IMG/VR virus record: IMGVR_UViG_3300032093_000184
Location: 1 to 53,608 of that record
Source: a virus
Taxonomy: Duplodnaviria; Caudoviricetes
Strand: one strand, 5' to 3'
DNA: 53,608 nt
Shown here in pieces: positions 37,152 to 46,303 of the stretch; positions within the stretch are counted from its first letter, which is position 1; each line of letters starts with the position of its first letter. The position numbers and the translations under genes are program-made. The notes beneath the pieces are model-generated. The model saw nothing but the letters and a program-made list of their open reading frames with translations, was not told where the DNA came from and ran no database searches.

Positions 37152-37338
37152 AGACCTATTTACCCAAACCTATGACGGCTTTAAAGCCGTGAAACTACGA
37201 AGCGCCTCCGAAGCCATCATGCTTGAGAACGCACTTGGTCGCGCCAGCGTTTCGTTCCAGACCAAGATCAGCCGCAGTAAGAAACATGGGCGTGAGTTCA
37301 TCGTTATGATTGTTCAACCACTTAACCAAGGAGTTTGA
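37129..37338 (+). CDS. Hypothetical protein
   Basis: GAGGT SD; fills the gap in the operon. Confidence 0.6.
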   Translation: MQLPSNIEDLFTQTYDGFKAVKLRSASEAIMLENALGRASVSFQTKISRSKKHGREFIVMIVQPLNQGV

Positions 37339-37339
37339 T

Positions 37340-37609
37340 ATGGAAGGTTACATCGGAGAAGTACGCGAGTTCGCGGGACAGTTTGCACCAAGACATTGGG
37401 CGTCGTGTGACGGACAGACTATAAACATCCGAGACTTCACCCCGTTGTTCGCCATCATTGGCACGACTTACGGCGGCGATGGTGTCAACAATTTCAAACT
37501 ACCTGATTGGCGTCCGACGAACGAGCATGGCACGAAAGTGCACGGCTGGGAAATTGGGCAGCCCAGCAAGATCATTTGCGTTGAAGGCATTTTCCCAGAT
37601 CGTCCGTAA
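37340..37609 (+). CDS. Stand-alone phage tail-collar domain protein
   Basis: AAGGAG SD; YIGEVREFAG.FAP..W..CDGQ....LFAIIGTTYGGDG..NFKLPD..IIC.EGIFP. Confidence 0.85.
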   Translation: MEGYIGEVREFAGQFAPRHWASCDGQTINIRDFTPLFAIIGTTYGGDGVNNFKLPDWRPTNEHGTKVHGWEIGQPSKIICVEGIFPDRP

Positions 37610-38997
37610 TGGCACTTGATATTGACTACACACCGCCGCCAACCGGCGAGAAGTTCATGGAGTCAGACCGCAAGATGCGGGTGTTGATGGGGCCGGTCGG
37701 CTCCGGCAAGTCCGTAACTTGTTCGTTTGAGATTGTGCGGCGAGCGTCGATGCAAGAACCCAACGCCCAAGGCATACGCAAAACACGGGCGGCGATTGTG
37801 CGTGAGACTGCACGCCAGTTGCAGGACACGACGATCAAGACGTTCCTCGATTGGTTTCCACCGGGAGTGTGCGGTGACTACATGCGTACCACCAAGACTT
37901 ACTTCTTTAAGGTGGGCGACATCGAGTGCGAGATTATGTTCCGAGCACTGGACGATGCAGACGACGTTGCCAACTTGAACTCGTTGGAGTTGTCCTTCGC
38001 TTGGTTCAATGAGTGCCGAGACATTCACCCCGACATCATGGACGCGATGTCCAAACGTATCGGACGATTTCCCTCGGCCAAAGACGGAGGCCCGACGTGG
38101 CATGGGATGTGGGGTGACACCAACCCACCGACTATGGATACGTGGTGGTACTACCAGATGGAGGGGCTGGACGTTAAGGACGGCGTATCTCCTAACAACA
38201 ACGGGTGGGATGTTTTTAAACAGCCCTCTGGACGTAGCGTGTATGCGGAGAATATCGAGAACTTGCCGGAAGGCTACTACGATACTCAGGGCCGCAGCGA
38301 AGAATACATCCGTGTATACATCGACGGGGAGTATGGGCTGTCATCGGCGGGTATGCCGGTGTACAAATACTTCAGGCCGGACTACCACATGGCTAAGCAA
38401 AAGCTCCGCCCCATCAGTAATGGAGTTCGCCCCATTGTTGTAGGGATGGACTTAGGGCTTACCCCAGCAGCCATCCTAGGGCAGCAAGACCCTCGGGGTC
38501 GTGCCCTGATACTTGCTGAGTGTGTATCGTTTGACATGGGCATCCAGCGTTTCGTGCGTACCATGCTCAAACCACTGATCTACGAACGGTTCGGTGGTGC
38601 GCCCATTATGGTCGTTACCGACCCAGCGGGCATACAACGGGCGCAAACCGATGAACGCTCGGCGGTGGACATCATCAAAGCAGAAGGACTAAGGGTTATC
38701 CCTGCTAAGACCAACAACATCTCAGCACGGATCAATGCGGTCGATGACTTCCTTATGCGTCAGGTGGACGGCGACCCAGCGTTTCTCGTAGACCCGGGGT
38801 GCACGCAGCTTAAAGCCGCCATGATGGGCGGGTATCGCTACAAGCCCAAGGGCGATGGCGATATTGACAAGAACAAACATTCGCACGTAGCTGAAGCGCT
38901 ACAGTATCTGATGCTGCATATCACCAGTGTTGGAGAAGGTACATCTTTACCTAGACGTAGAGAAGTCAAACAAGTTGCTTCAGCCGGATGGACATGA
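37609..38997 (+). CDS. terL: Terminase large subunit
   Basis: Walker A GPVGSGKS; Walker B WFNE; DTNPP; RNase H-like VGMDLG, DPAG and SHVAEALQY. Confidence 0.92.
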   Translation: MALDIDYTPPPTGEKFMESDRKMRVLMGPVGSGKSVTCSFEIVRRASMQEPNAQGIRKTRAAIVRETARQLQDTTIKTFLDWFPPGVCGDYMRTTKTYFFKVGDIECEIMFRALDDADDVANLNSLELSFAWFNECRDIHPDIMDAMSKRIGRFPSAKDGGPTWHGMWGDTNPPTMDTWWYYQMEGLDVKDGVSPNNNGWDVFKQPSGRSVYAENIENLPEGYYDTQGRSEEYIRVYIDGEYGLSSAGMPVYKYFRPDYHMAKQKLRPISNGVRPIVVGMDLGLTPAAILGQQDPRGRALILAECVSFDMGIQRFVRTMLKPLIYERFGGAPIMVVTDPAGIQRAQTDERSAVDIIKAEGLRVIPAKTNNISARINAVDDFLMRQVDGDPAFLVDPGCTQLKAAMMGGYRYKPKGDGDIDKNKHSHVAEALQYLMLHITSVGEGTSLPRRREVKQVASAGWT

Positions 38998-39003
38998 TAT
39001 GAT
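38975..39003 (+). promoter_or_regulatory. Promoter overlapping the end of terL
   Basis: TTGCTT-17 bp-TATGAT with an extended -10 TG. Confidence 0.5.
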
Positions 39004-39049
39004 TTCTTCACTGCTCCCGCAGTTGTCACCCTCCGTTCAGTTGGAGTTA

Positions 39050-39082
39050 CCCCCGTGGGCGAAAGTTCCGGGGGATTTTTTT
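39050..39082 (+). terminator. Intrinsic terminator
   Basis: CCCCCGTGGGC-GAAA-GTTCCGGGGG-ATTTTTTT. Confidence 0.8.
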
Positions 39083-39083
39083 G

Positions 39084-39114
39084 TTGACAACAGATTTGTG
39101 TATTGGTATACACT
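39084..39114 (+). promoter_or_regulatory. Promoter for the head genes
   Basis: TTGACA with TGGTATACACT at 17-19 bp spacing, immediately after the terminator. Confidence 0.6.
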
Positions 39115-39142
39115 AGCGATAAGAGCAACTTAGGAGGCGGCC

Positions 39143-39961
39143 TTGGCTAAACAAGTTGGTAAAAGTTTCACGATCATCTCGACGAATCCCAAAATGGCTT
39201 CGACGGGGATGACATCGCAAAGATATTCGCCCACCATCTCTAAACACGTGGTGATAATGCCCACGCCGGGTTCTGCCCCTTGGAATGTTGCAGTGAACGG
39301 TATGCCCCCAATTGGATATGCTGGCCCAGTAGTTAACCAGCCAATGAGGGAAACAGCGCCAGCACCGAACCCAACGGCTACACAGCCATCACCTAATATA
39401 CCTACGCCTGCTGCACCTGCACCTGCACCAGCACCAAAACCTAAAACTGGTCTCGAGTACGATCCCTACGACACTACACTGGAAGAAGCTGCAAAAGCGC
39501 CTACTGTGTTTCGTGGGCAAGCCCCGAAGATGGAAGCAATGCCTGACATTGCAAAACCTGCGGATGTTAAATTTTATGGTGAGGAGTACAAAAGTGATGC
39601 TCAAAAACTTGCTAATGAACGCCAAGCTGCGTATGAACGCCGCCTATCAAACGCTGCGATCCGCAGTGGTAACGCTATACCAACGATTGGTGAAGGCGGC
39701 AAAGTAACCGCTGGTGCTGCACCTGTCCAAACTGTTTCACGTGAAACAGAGGGGCTGCAACAACTGAAGACTGAACAGGGCCGACGCGCTGCTGCTCCGT
39801 CCCAACAAGCAAATGCTGTCGCGGCCATCAAAGACTCTAAGAGTGTATATGGAGCAGAAGAAATGCGGAACAAACTTGCGCAAAAGCTTACGCAAGGCAA
39901 AGTAATTATCCAGCAAACAATGGATGAATACTTGAAGAAACAGCAGAAAGATAAGAGGTAA
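39143..39961 (+). CDS. Hypothetical Pro/Ala-rich protein upstream of the portal gene
   Basis: TTG start with GGAGG SD; 272-aa open frame. Confidence 0.7.
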   Translation: MAKQVGKSFTIISTNPKMASTGMTSQRYSPTISKHVVIMPTPGSAPWNVAVNGMPPIGYAGPVVNQPMRETAPAPNPTATQPSPNIPTPAAPAPAPAPKPKTGLEYDPYDTTLEEAAKAPTVFRGQAPKMEAMPDIAKPADVKFYGEEYKSDAQKLANERQAAYERRLSNAAIRSGNAIPTIGEGGKVTAGAAPVQTVSRETEGLQQLKTEQGRRAAAPSQQANAVAAIKDSKSVYGAEEMRNKLAQKLTQGKVIIQQTMDEYLKKQQKDKR

Positions 39962-39965
39962 CAGA

Positions 39966-42020
39966 ATGGCGGGTCTGTCATTTCTTCGCGTTGTAAGTAA
40001 CTCTGATCTCTCTCGTCAACAGGACAAAGAGGCGTCGGATAAAGCTTTGGCGGAACGCCAGAGTCAGCCGTTGATCCTTGGGCTTACGGCTTATCTGCGT
40101 GAGTGCTGGGACGCTGCACAACAAGCGAAGAAACCCATTGAGCAGAAGATGCTTAAGGCGCTACGCCAGCGCAATGGTGAGTACGAAGACGATAAAGCTC
40201 GTGACATCAAAGCACAGGGCGGCTCTGACATATACATGATGATTACTGAAGTGAAGTGTCGTGCAGCCGAGTCTTGGCTGCGAGACATTTTGCTTGATAG
40301 CGGTACACCTCCTTGGGATATTCAGGCGACTCCAATCCCTGATATGTCTCCGCAGCAGTCGAAGGCTATCCAAGAAATTTTTGCGTACAAGGTTTTAAAA
40401 CTTGTCGAGGAAACTGGGCAAGCGCCTAACCCTGCTGCAATGAGCGAGATCAAAGAGATGGTCGCACAAGACTATCGCTTTAATATTTTGCAAGAAGCAC
40501 AGAACCGTGCCGACAAGATGAAGATCAAGATCAGCGACCAGTTTGCTCAAGGCGGCTGGGCTGAGGCCTTCAATGATTTTGTTACCGACTTGGTGACATA
40601 CCCTTCAGCATTTATCAAAGGGCCGGTTGTCCGTAGGCAACGTGCGCTCGGATGGGAAGCTGATCCTGTTACAGGCAAGACTATCGCCAAACCTATTGAG
40701 CGAATTGCGCCAGAACATGAACGAGTTGATCCGTTCCGTATCTATCCTGAGCCGGGCATTACCAACATTAAAGATGGCTACCTGTTTGAGCATCACCGCT
40801 TGAGCCGAATGGAACTTGCCGACTTGGTAGGTGTCCCCGGCTACGACGATGATGCTATTCGCAAAGTCCTTGATATTGGCAATGGTCAGTCTTGGATCAA
40901 CATGGATGTGGAGCTTCTCAAGCAGGAGCAAGAGCGTAAGTTCTATTCGCACATGCGCCCAACTGAGATGTTCGATGCCTTGGAGTTCTGGGGCAAAGTA
41001 TCTGGAAAGATGTTGATCGAGTGGGGGCTTACTGAGGAGGATGTTCCTGATTCTGCTCGTGAGTATGACACCAACATCTGGCAAGTAGGCAACTACACCA
41101 TCAAGGCTGTATTGAATTACGACCCCCTTGGTGAGAAGCCATACGCTAAAACCTCGTTTATCAAGTGCCCCGGCTCATTCTGGGGTAAGGCTATTCCCGA
41201 AGTCATTGAGGACGTGCAGAACGTCTGTAATGCTTCAGCACGGGCCTTGGTCAACAACATGGGTATTGCTTCTGGCCCACAGGTCGAAGTTAACCTTGAA
41301 CGGTTGCCGCCCAACGAGGACATCACACAGATTCACCCTTGGAAAATCTGGCAGACGCTCAACGATCCTATTGGTTCAAGTGCCCCTGCCGTACGGTTTA
41401 CGCAACCTGAAGACAATGCAAACACACTCATGGCTGTGTACGAGAGATTCAGCAAGTTGGCTGATGAGCACTCCGGTATTCCAGCGTACATGTATGGTGA
41501 CTTGAATGTACAAGGCGCTGGCCGTACTTCTTCTGGCTTGTCTATGCTGATGGGCGCATCCGGTAAGGGTATTCGCCAAGTCGTGATGCACATTGACAGC
41601 GATGTGATTAAGCCCATCGTGCAACGCCAGTTTGTGTACAACATGCGCTACGACGAGGACGAGTCCATCAAGGGCGACGCACAAGTCATGGCTAGAGGCG
41701 CAGTTAACTTGGCGGTCAAAGAGACCGTTAACGTGCGCCGTATCGAATTCCTTAATGCAACTGCCAATCAGATCGACATGGAGATTGTCGGTAAGGATGG
41801 TAGAGCAGCGATTCTTCGTGAGATCGCAAAAGGTCTACAAATGCCTGTGGATGACATCGTTCCATCTCGGGAGAAAACTGCGTTCCTTGGTAGGGCGCAG
41901 GCTCAGATTGCTGCACAGCAATCGCAACAAGAGCCTACACCTACTCAACCGGACGGTTCTCCCAAAGGTGGTATGGATGGAAACACAGTCAGTAACCGTG
42001 TAAGTGGGAGGGCGGCATGA
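39966..42020 (+). CDS. Portal protein
   Basis: 684 aa between TerL and scaffold; VDPF..YP.P, FWG, SFWGK, GAGRTSSGLSMLM; podovirus-type portal. Confidence 0.88.
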   Translation: MAGLSFLRVVSNSDLSRQQDKEASDKALAERQSQPLILGLTAYLRECWDAAQQAKKPIEQKMLKALRQRNGEYEDDKARDIKAQGGSDIYMMITEVKCRAAESWLRDILLDSGTPPWDIQATPIPDMSPQQSKAIQEIFAYKVLKLVEETGQAPNPAAMSEIKEMVAQDYRFNILQEAQNRADKMKIKISDQFAQGGWAEAFNDFVTDLVTYPSAFIKGPVVRRQRALGWEADPVTGKTIAKPIERIAPEHERVDPFRIYPEPGITNIKDGYLFEHHRLSRMELADLVGVPGYDDDAIRKVLDIGNGQSWINMDVELLKQEQERKFYSHMRPTEMFDALEFWGKVSGKMLIEWGLTEEDVPDSAREYDTNIWQVGNYTIKAVLNYDPLGEKPYAKTSFIKCPGSFWGKAIPEVIEDVQNVCNASARALVNNMGIASGPQVEVNLERLPPNEDITQIHPWKIWQTLNDPIGSSAPAVRFTQPEDNANTLMAVYERFSKLADEHSGIPAYMYGDLNVQGAGRTSSGLSMLMGASGKGIRQVVMHIDSDVIKPIVQRQFVYNMRYDEDESIKGDAQVMARGAVNLAVKETVNVRRIEFLNATANQIDMEIVGKDGRAAILREIAKGLQMPVDDIVPSREKTAFLGRAQAQIAAQQSQQEPTPTQPDGSPKGGMDGNTVSNRVSGRAA

Positions 42021-42238
42021 TCCGTCCTGACGACAAGGCCATGCAAGCGCTTGCGAACGTCTCGCGCCAGTACCCCGAAGTTCGGGACTGGCTTAAGATG
42101 TGGTATGAGCACGAGCTATCCAAGTTGCCACTCGCAGTAAACAACCCGGCAGTCCCACAGGGGCGCTGTCAGGTATTGGGCGAGGTATACAACCTCGTCA
42201 AAGATGCCCCTGATTTTGTAGCGGCAAAGTCAAAATGA
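42017..42238 (+). CDS. Small conserved-type protein following the portal gene
   Basis: ATGA overlap; QGR.QVL motif typical of this gene position. Confidence 0.7.
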   Translation: MIRPDDKAMQALANVSRQYPEVRDWLKMWYEHELSKLPLAVNNPAVPQGRCQVLGEVYNLVKDAPDFVAAKSK

Positions 42239-42277
42239 CTCGCCGTCTAGTTAACGCATACCAATAGGAGCGTAAAA

Positions 42278-43306
42278 ATGGCACTTCCAGAGCAAATTCG
42301 CAAACAGACCGAGGCTGTACAGGAGTTGTATAAGCAACTTAACGACGAGGAAAACCAAGGCTCACAAAATGACGCCAATGGAAACACTCCGTCCAACGAG
42401 TCCACTTATGACAATGACCCTTCTGCCGACGAGAATTCTGGCGTAAACGATGCTGCTCACCCTGCTGAAAACACAGAGCAACCGTCAGCAGGAACCCAAA
42501 GTTCAGAAGATGTTGTCCAGAAGTACAGAACCCTTCAAGGTATGTACAACGCAGAAGTCCCACGTTTGCACGCACATAACCGTGAAATGCAAGGGCGCGT
42601 TCAGCAGCTTGAACAACTACTTTCTTCGCTTTCCTCACAACAGCAACCCCAAGCACGCCAAGTCCAGCACGACCCCTTGGTCACCGACCAAGATGTGCAG
42701 GAGTATGGTGAGTCACTGGATGTTATGAGAAAAGTAAGCCGCGAGGAGTTAATGCCCGTGGCGCAGAAGATTGCACAGTTGGAAGGTATGCTTCGTCAAA
42801 TGCACACCAGCGTTGTACCTCAGGTACAAGCAGTGGCGCACCGACAAGCTGTTACCGCAGAGCAGAAATTCTGGGCAGATATAACTGATAATGTCCCTAA
42901 TTGGCGTGCAGTCAACGACACTCAAGCTTTTCAGTCTTGGTTGTTGGAGGTTGATCCGCTTACTGGGATTACTCGGCAGACGTATCTTGAAGACGCACAG
43001 CGTAATCTTGATACTCGTCGTGTTATTAGTTTCTTCCAAGCATGGGGTGAGATCAATGGACAGCCTACTGGTGCTCGCTCTAACCGAAATACGCAAGGTT
43101 CGGAATTGGAAAAACAGGTTGCACCGGGTCGCTCACGCGGCTCGAACCCGTCAAACAATTCCAGCGCCAAGACATACTCTGCTGATGACATCAAAACCTT
43201 TTTCAACGATGTCCGTTCGCAGAAGTACAAAGGGCGTGAAGCTGAGCGTGATCGAATCGAACGCGACATTTTCGCTGCACAGCGAGAAGGTCGTATTGTT
43301 GCTTAA
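42278..43306 (+). CDS. Capsid scaffolding protein
   Basis: Acidic disordered N-terminus, coiled coil, YRTLQGMY; lies directly before the capsid gene. Confidence 0.75.
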   Translation: MALPEQIRKQTEAVQELYKQLNDEENQGSQNDANGNTPSNESTYDNDPSADENSGVNDAAHPAENTEQPSAGTQSSEDVVQKYRTLQGMYNAEVPRLHAHNREMQGRVQQLEQLLSSLSSQQQPQARQVQHDPLVTDQDVQEYGESLDVMRKVSREELMPVAQKIAQLEGMLRQMHTSVVPQVQAVAHRQAVTAEQKFWADITDNVPNWRAVNDTQAFQSWLLEVDPLTGITRQTYLEDAQRNLDTRRVISFFQAWGEINGQPTGARSNRNTQGSELEKQVAPGRSRGSNPSNNSSAKTYSADDIKTFFNDVRSQKYKGREAERDRIERDIFAAQREGRIVA

Positions 43307-43325
43307 TTAGACAAGGAGTTTCATC

Positions 43326-44234
43326 ATGGCATATCCTAACGCCGCTGGCCGCCCACAGTACTCGGGCAACTTCATTCCAGAAATCTGGTCTGGCAAACTC
43401 ATTGAGAATTTCTACGACGCCACCGTGCTCGCAGCAATCTCTAACACTGACTATGAAGGCGAAATCCGCGCATATGGCGATACCGTCAATATCCGCACTT
43501 CTCCTGAAGTCACCATCCGCACTTATGTAAAAGGTCAGACTCTCCAAGTTGAGAATCCAGACAAAGCTAAGTTGCAGTTGTTGATCGACAAAGGCGAGTA
43601 CTTCTCCTGCATCGAAGACGACGTGGACAAAGTTCAATCGGACATCAACTTGATGGACACTTGGACTAAGGACGCATCTGAAAAGATGAAGATCAAGATT
43701 GACCAACGTGTGTTGACCGACATGCTGCCTGACATTTCTGCTTTGAATAAAGGTGCATCTGCCGGTCGTATTACTGGCAACATCAACTTGGGCACGACCG
43801 GTTCTCCTGTTGCGATTACTAAGACCAACGTCTTGGAGTACATCATTGACATGGGCACTGTGTTGGACGAAGCTAACGCTCCTGAGAGCGACCGATTCTT
43901 GGTTATCCCTGCTAAGATGGCTGGCTTTATCAAGAAGTCCGATCTGAAAGATGCTTCTATTACTGGTGACGCACAGTCCGTCATCCGTAACGGTCGCCTC
44001 GGCATGATCGACCGCTTCACCATTTACATGAGCCACAACCTGAGCGTGTCTAGCGGCAAGTTCAGCTTGATCTCTGGTCACAGAATGGGCTTCACCTTTG
44101 CCTCACAAATGACCAACATGGAAACCATCCGCTCTGAGTCCACCTTCGGTAATATCGTCCGTGGCTTGCAAGTGTATGGCTACAAAGTTGTCAAGCCTGA
44201 AGCTTTGACTCACGGCATTGTGACTCTGGCCTAA
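43326..44234 (+). CDS. Major capsid protein
   Basis: FIPEIWS.KL, YEGEI...GDTVNI, LDEANAP..DRFLV, VRGL.VYG.KVV.PEAL; strong codon bias and AAGGAG SD. Confidence 0.92.
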   Translation: MAYPNAAGRPQYSGNFIPEIWSGKLIENFYDATVLAAISNTDYEGEIRAYGDTVNIRTSPEVTIRTYVKGQTLQVENPDKAKLQLLIDKGEYFSCIEDDVDKVQSDINLMDTWTKDASEKMKIKIDQRVLTDMLPDISALNKGASAGRITGNINLGTTGSPVAITKTNVLEYIIDMGTVLDEANAPESDRFLVIPAKMAGFIKKSDLKDASITGDAQSVIRNGRLGMIDRFTIYMSHNLSVSSGKFSLISGHRMGFTFASQMTNMETIRSESTFGNIVRGLQVYGYKVVKPEALTHGIVTLA

Positions 44235-44240
44235 TCAATT

Positions 44241-44272
44241 AGGGGGCTTCGGCCCCCTCGTTTAACTTTTTT
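44241..44272 (+). terminator. Hairpin terminator after the capsid gene
   Basis: AGGGGGC-TTCG-GCCCCCT followed by a T-rich tail. Confidence 0.7.
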
Positions 44273-44283
44273 GGAGATTTAAA

Positions 44284-44757
44284 ATGGCTACATATACCGA
44301 CACCTTGGGCTTTAATAGAGGCTCAGCCGCCCTTCCCGCAAATGCTCTTAACAAAGTGCATCTGGTGGAGATGACTCTTGACTTTCCTGCAATCATTGCA
44401 GCACGTACTGCTGCTGGTGCAACTGCACTGGCTGCTTCTGACGTAATGGAAATTATCCCTATCCCCGCTGGCACTATTGTGTCTAACGTGGGTATGGTGG
44501 TTACCACTGCGGCTGGCGTGACTAGCACCATCTCTATCGGTGACGGTTCTGCCGCTGCTGGTTATTTGGCTGCAACCTCAGCAAACGCTACCGGTACTTC
44601 TGGCGGTGTTCCTGTGTTGTCGTCTGGTGCGTTTGCTCCTACCTTGAGTGGTGGCAAGGTTTACGCTGCTGCTGATACTATCGACATCACGCTTGGTACT
44701 GCTGTACCAGCCGCTGCTGTTGTGCGTGTCTTCGCAATGTTTACAGACATCAACTAA
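44284..44757 (+). CDS. Capsid decoration / cement protein (putative)
   Basis: Ala/Thr/Gly-rich beta protein after the capsid gene; IPAGT.V, IGDG. Confidence 0.65.
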   Translation: MATYTDTLGFNRGSAALPANALNKVHLVEMTLDFPAIIAARTAAGATALAASDVMEIIPIPAGTIVSNVGMVVTTAAGVTSTISIGDGSAAAGYLAATSANATGTSGGVPVLSSGAFAPTLSGGKVYAAADTIDITLGTAVPAAAVVRVFAMFTDIN

Positions 44758-44770
44758 ACGGCATTAGGAT

Positions 44771-44793
44771 AGGGGCTTCGGCCCCTTCCTTTT
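44771..44793 (+). terminator. Second cUUCGg hairpin
   Basis: AGGGGC-TTCG-GCCCCT-TCCTTTT, nearly identical to the hairpin at 44241. Confidence 0.65.
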
Positions 44794-44804
44794 AGGAGAA
44801 CAAT

Positions 44805-45083
44805 ATGTCAAATGTAACGGCTGTACATGTAGAAGCTACAGGCACTGTGGCTACTGGGCGGCGTCAACTACGTGGGTATCACACAATAAGTGGTGGTACT
44901 GCTGGTGATGTTATTTTTCGTGATGGTGGTTCTTCTGGCACTGTAAGATTGCAGTTCAATATCGGCACTGGTACGCAGCCTATTGTGATGTCAATTCCTG
45001 ACGACGGCATCTTATTCACCACCGATATTCACGTGACACTTCCTACATCAGCAAAAACTACGGTGTTCATTGAGGCTGTGTAA
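44805..45083 (+). CDS. Small beta-rich virion protein
   Basis: AGGAG SD; FRDGG.SG, IP.DGILF. Confidence 0.7.
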   Translation: MSNVTAVHVEATGTVATGRRQLRGYHTISGGTAGDVIFRDGGSSGTVRLQFNIGTGTQPIVMSIPDDGILFTTDIHVTLPTSAKTTVFIEAV

Positions 45084-45364
45084 TGGCTACCAAAGACTCA
45101 AGACTAGAGCGTGCTGGAGTATCGGGTTTTAACCAACCCAAGAAAACTCCGAATCACCCTACCAAAAGTCATGTAGTTGTGGCAAAGTCTGGTACTGAGG
45201 TCAAGACAATTCGGTTTGGGCAGCAAGGCGTAAAAGGTGCAGGAGCGAATCCTACAACTGACAGCGAAAAAGCCCGTAAGAAAAGTTTTGAAGCTCGTCA
45301 TGCAAAGAACATCGCCAAAGGCAAAATGTCTGCGGCTTACTGGGCGGATAAAGTTAAATGGTAG
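45083..45364 (+). CDS. Small basic protein
   Basis: KTIRFGQQG, SFEARH and SAAYWADKVKW motifs of a widespread phage family. Confidence 0.75.
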   Translation: MATKDSRLERAGVSGFNQPKKTPNHPTKSHVVVAKSGTEVKTIRFGQQGVKGAGANPTTDSEKARKKSFEARHAKNIAKGKMSAAYWADKVKW

Positions 45365-45546
45365 CTAAACCAAAATCTACTGTAAACGCCGCAGGTAACT
45401 ACACGAAGCCTGAGTTGCGTAAACGGATCGTGTCTCAGGTAAAGGCGGCAGCAGTACAGGGTACAGGTGCAGGCCAGTGGTCAGCACGTAAAGCACAACT
45501 TGTTGCCAAGAAATATAAAGCCGCCGGTGGCGGATATAAGGATTGA
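45358..45546 (+). CDS. Small basic protein (N-terminal half of a DUF5872-like protein)
   Basis: YTKPELR..GQWSARKAQL...YK..GGGY. Confidence 0.75.
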   Translation: MVAKPKSTVNAAGNYTKPELRKRIVSQVKAAAVQGTGAGQWSARKAQLVAKKYKAAGGGYKD

Positions 45547-45818
45547 TGATGGCATGGTCTGACGTTCTCAAGGCAGTTATCCCCGTCGTAGTGGCGGCGC
45601 TCGCTTGGCTTTTGGGTCAGGTCAATGATTTCTCCACCCGGTTGACTAGAGTTGAGGGCGCTATGCCCGCGCTAATCACTAAAGAGGGTGTCCCAACGGA
45701 TAGCCCAATCTCTGCCGAAAAGCGAGCAATGCAAAAAGAGGCGCTGATGACTCACATCAATGAGTTGCAGGTCAAGGTCAGGCTGTTGGAAGAACGTGAG
45801 AAACTGGGCAAAAAATGA
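45543..45818 (+). CDS. Small protein with a TM helix and coiled coil
   Basis: VLKAVIPVVVAALAWLLG; overlaps both neighbours. Confidence 0.65.
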   Translation: MMMAWSDVLKAVIPVVVAALAWLLGQVNDFSTRLTRVEGAMPALITKEGVPTDSPISAEKRAMQKEALMTHINELQVKVRLLEEREKLGKK

Positions 45819-46048
45819 AAGCCCCGCAAAAGTCTCTTAAAGATTGGGGTGACCAGAAATGGCGCACCAAAAGTGGCAAACCTTCAAGTAAGACCGGAGA
45901 ACGGTACTTACCTGAGGCTGCAATAAAAGCGTTGACCCCCGCAGAGTATGCGGCAACCACCAAAGCAAAACGCGATGGCAAAGAAAAAGGTCAGCAGTTT
46001 GTAAAACAACCCGCTAAAATAGCGAGTAAGACATCTAAATACCGATAG
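45815..46048 (+). CDS. Small basic protein (C-terminal half of a DUF5872-like protein)
   Basis: QKSLKDW..QKWRTK.G..RYLP..A...L...EY.AT..K..G...QFV. Confidence 0.75.
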   Translation: MKAPQKSLKDWGDQKWRTKSGKPSSKTGERYLPEAAIKALTPAEYAATTKAKRDGKEKGQQFVKQPAKIASKTSKYR

Positions 46049-46057
46049 GAGTTTTAA

Positions 46058-46303
46058 ATGGCACGTTTCCTAAGAAACAAGAAAGACGGTTTCATTTACG
46101 ACTGGAATCCCATCCTTGCAGAGAACTCTATGTGTGAGGAAGTGACTGAGGAAGAAGCTTTCCCCGAGAAGTTCATTCCGAAGAAACAAAAAGGGCGCAA
46201 GTCTGATCTTGACCTTACTACCCCCGAAGAAGCAATCCCTGAGGCTCCTCCTGTGACCAATGAGGAAGTCAATGCTGAAGCATCTCGAGGTCTACCTGAA
46301 TGA
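46058..46303 (+). CDS. Hypothetical acidic protein
   Basis: TAGGAG SD; overlaps the next gene. Confidence 0.7.
   Translation: MARFLRNKKDGFIYDWNPILAENSMCEEVTEEEAFPEKFIPKKQKGRKSDLDLTTPEEAIPEAPPVTNEEVNAEASRGLPE

Noticed and set aside
43203-44081. 292-aa antisense ORF over the capsid gene, and similar long shadow ORFs (e.g. 48032-48757, 16984-17550)
   Set aside because: Expected by-product of strong codon bias on the coding strand; no SD or recognisable motifs
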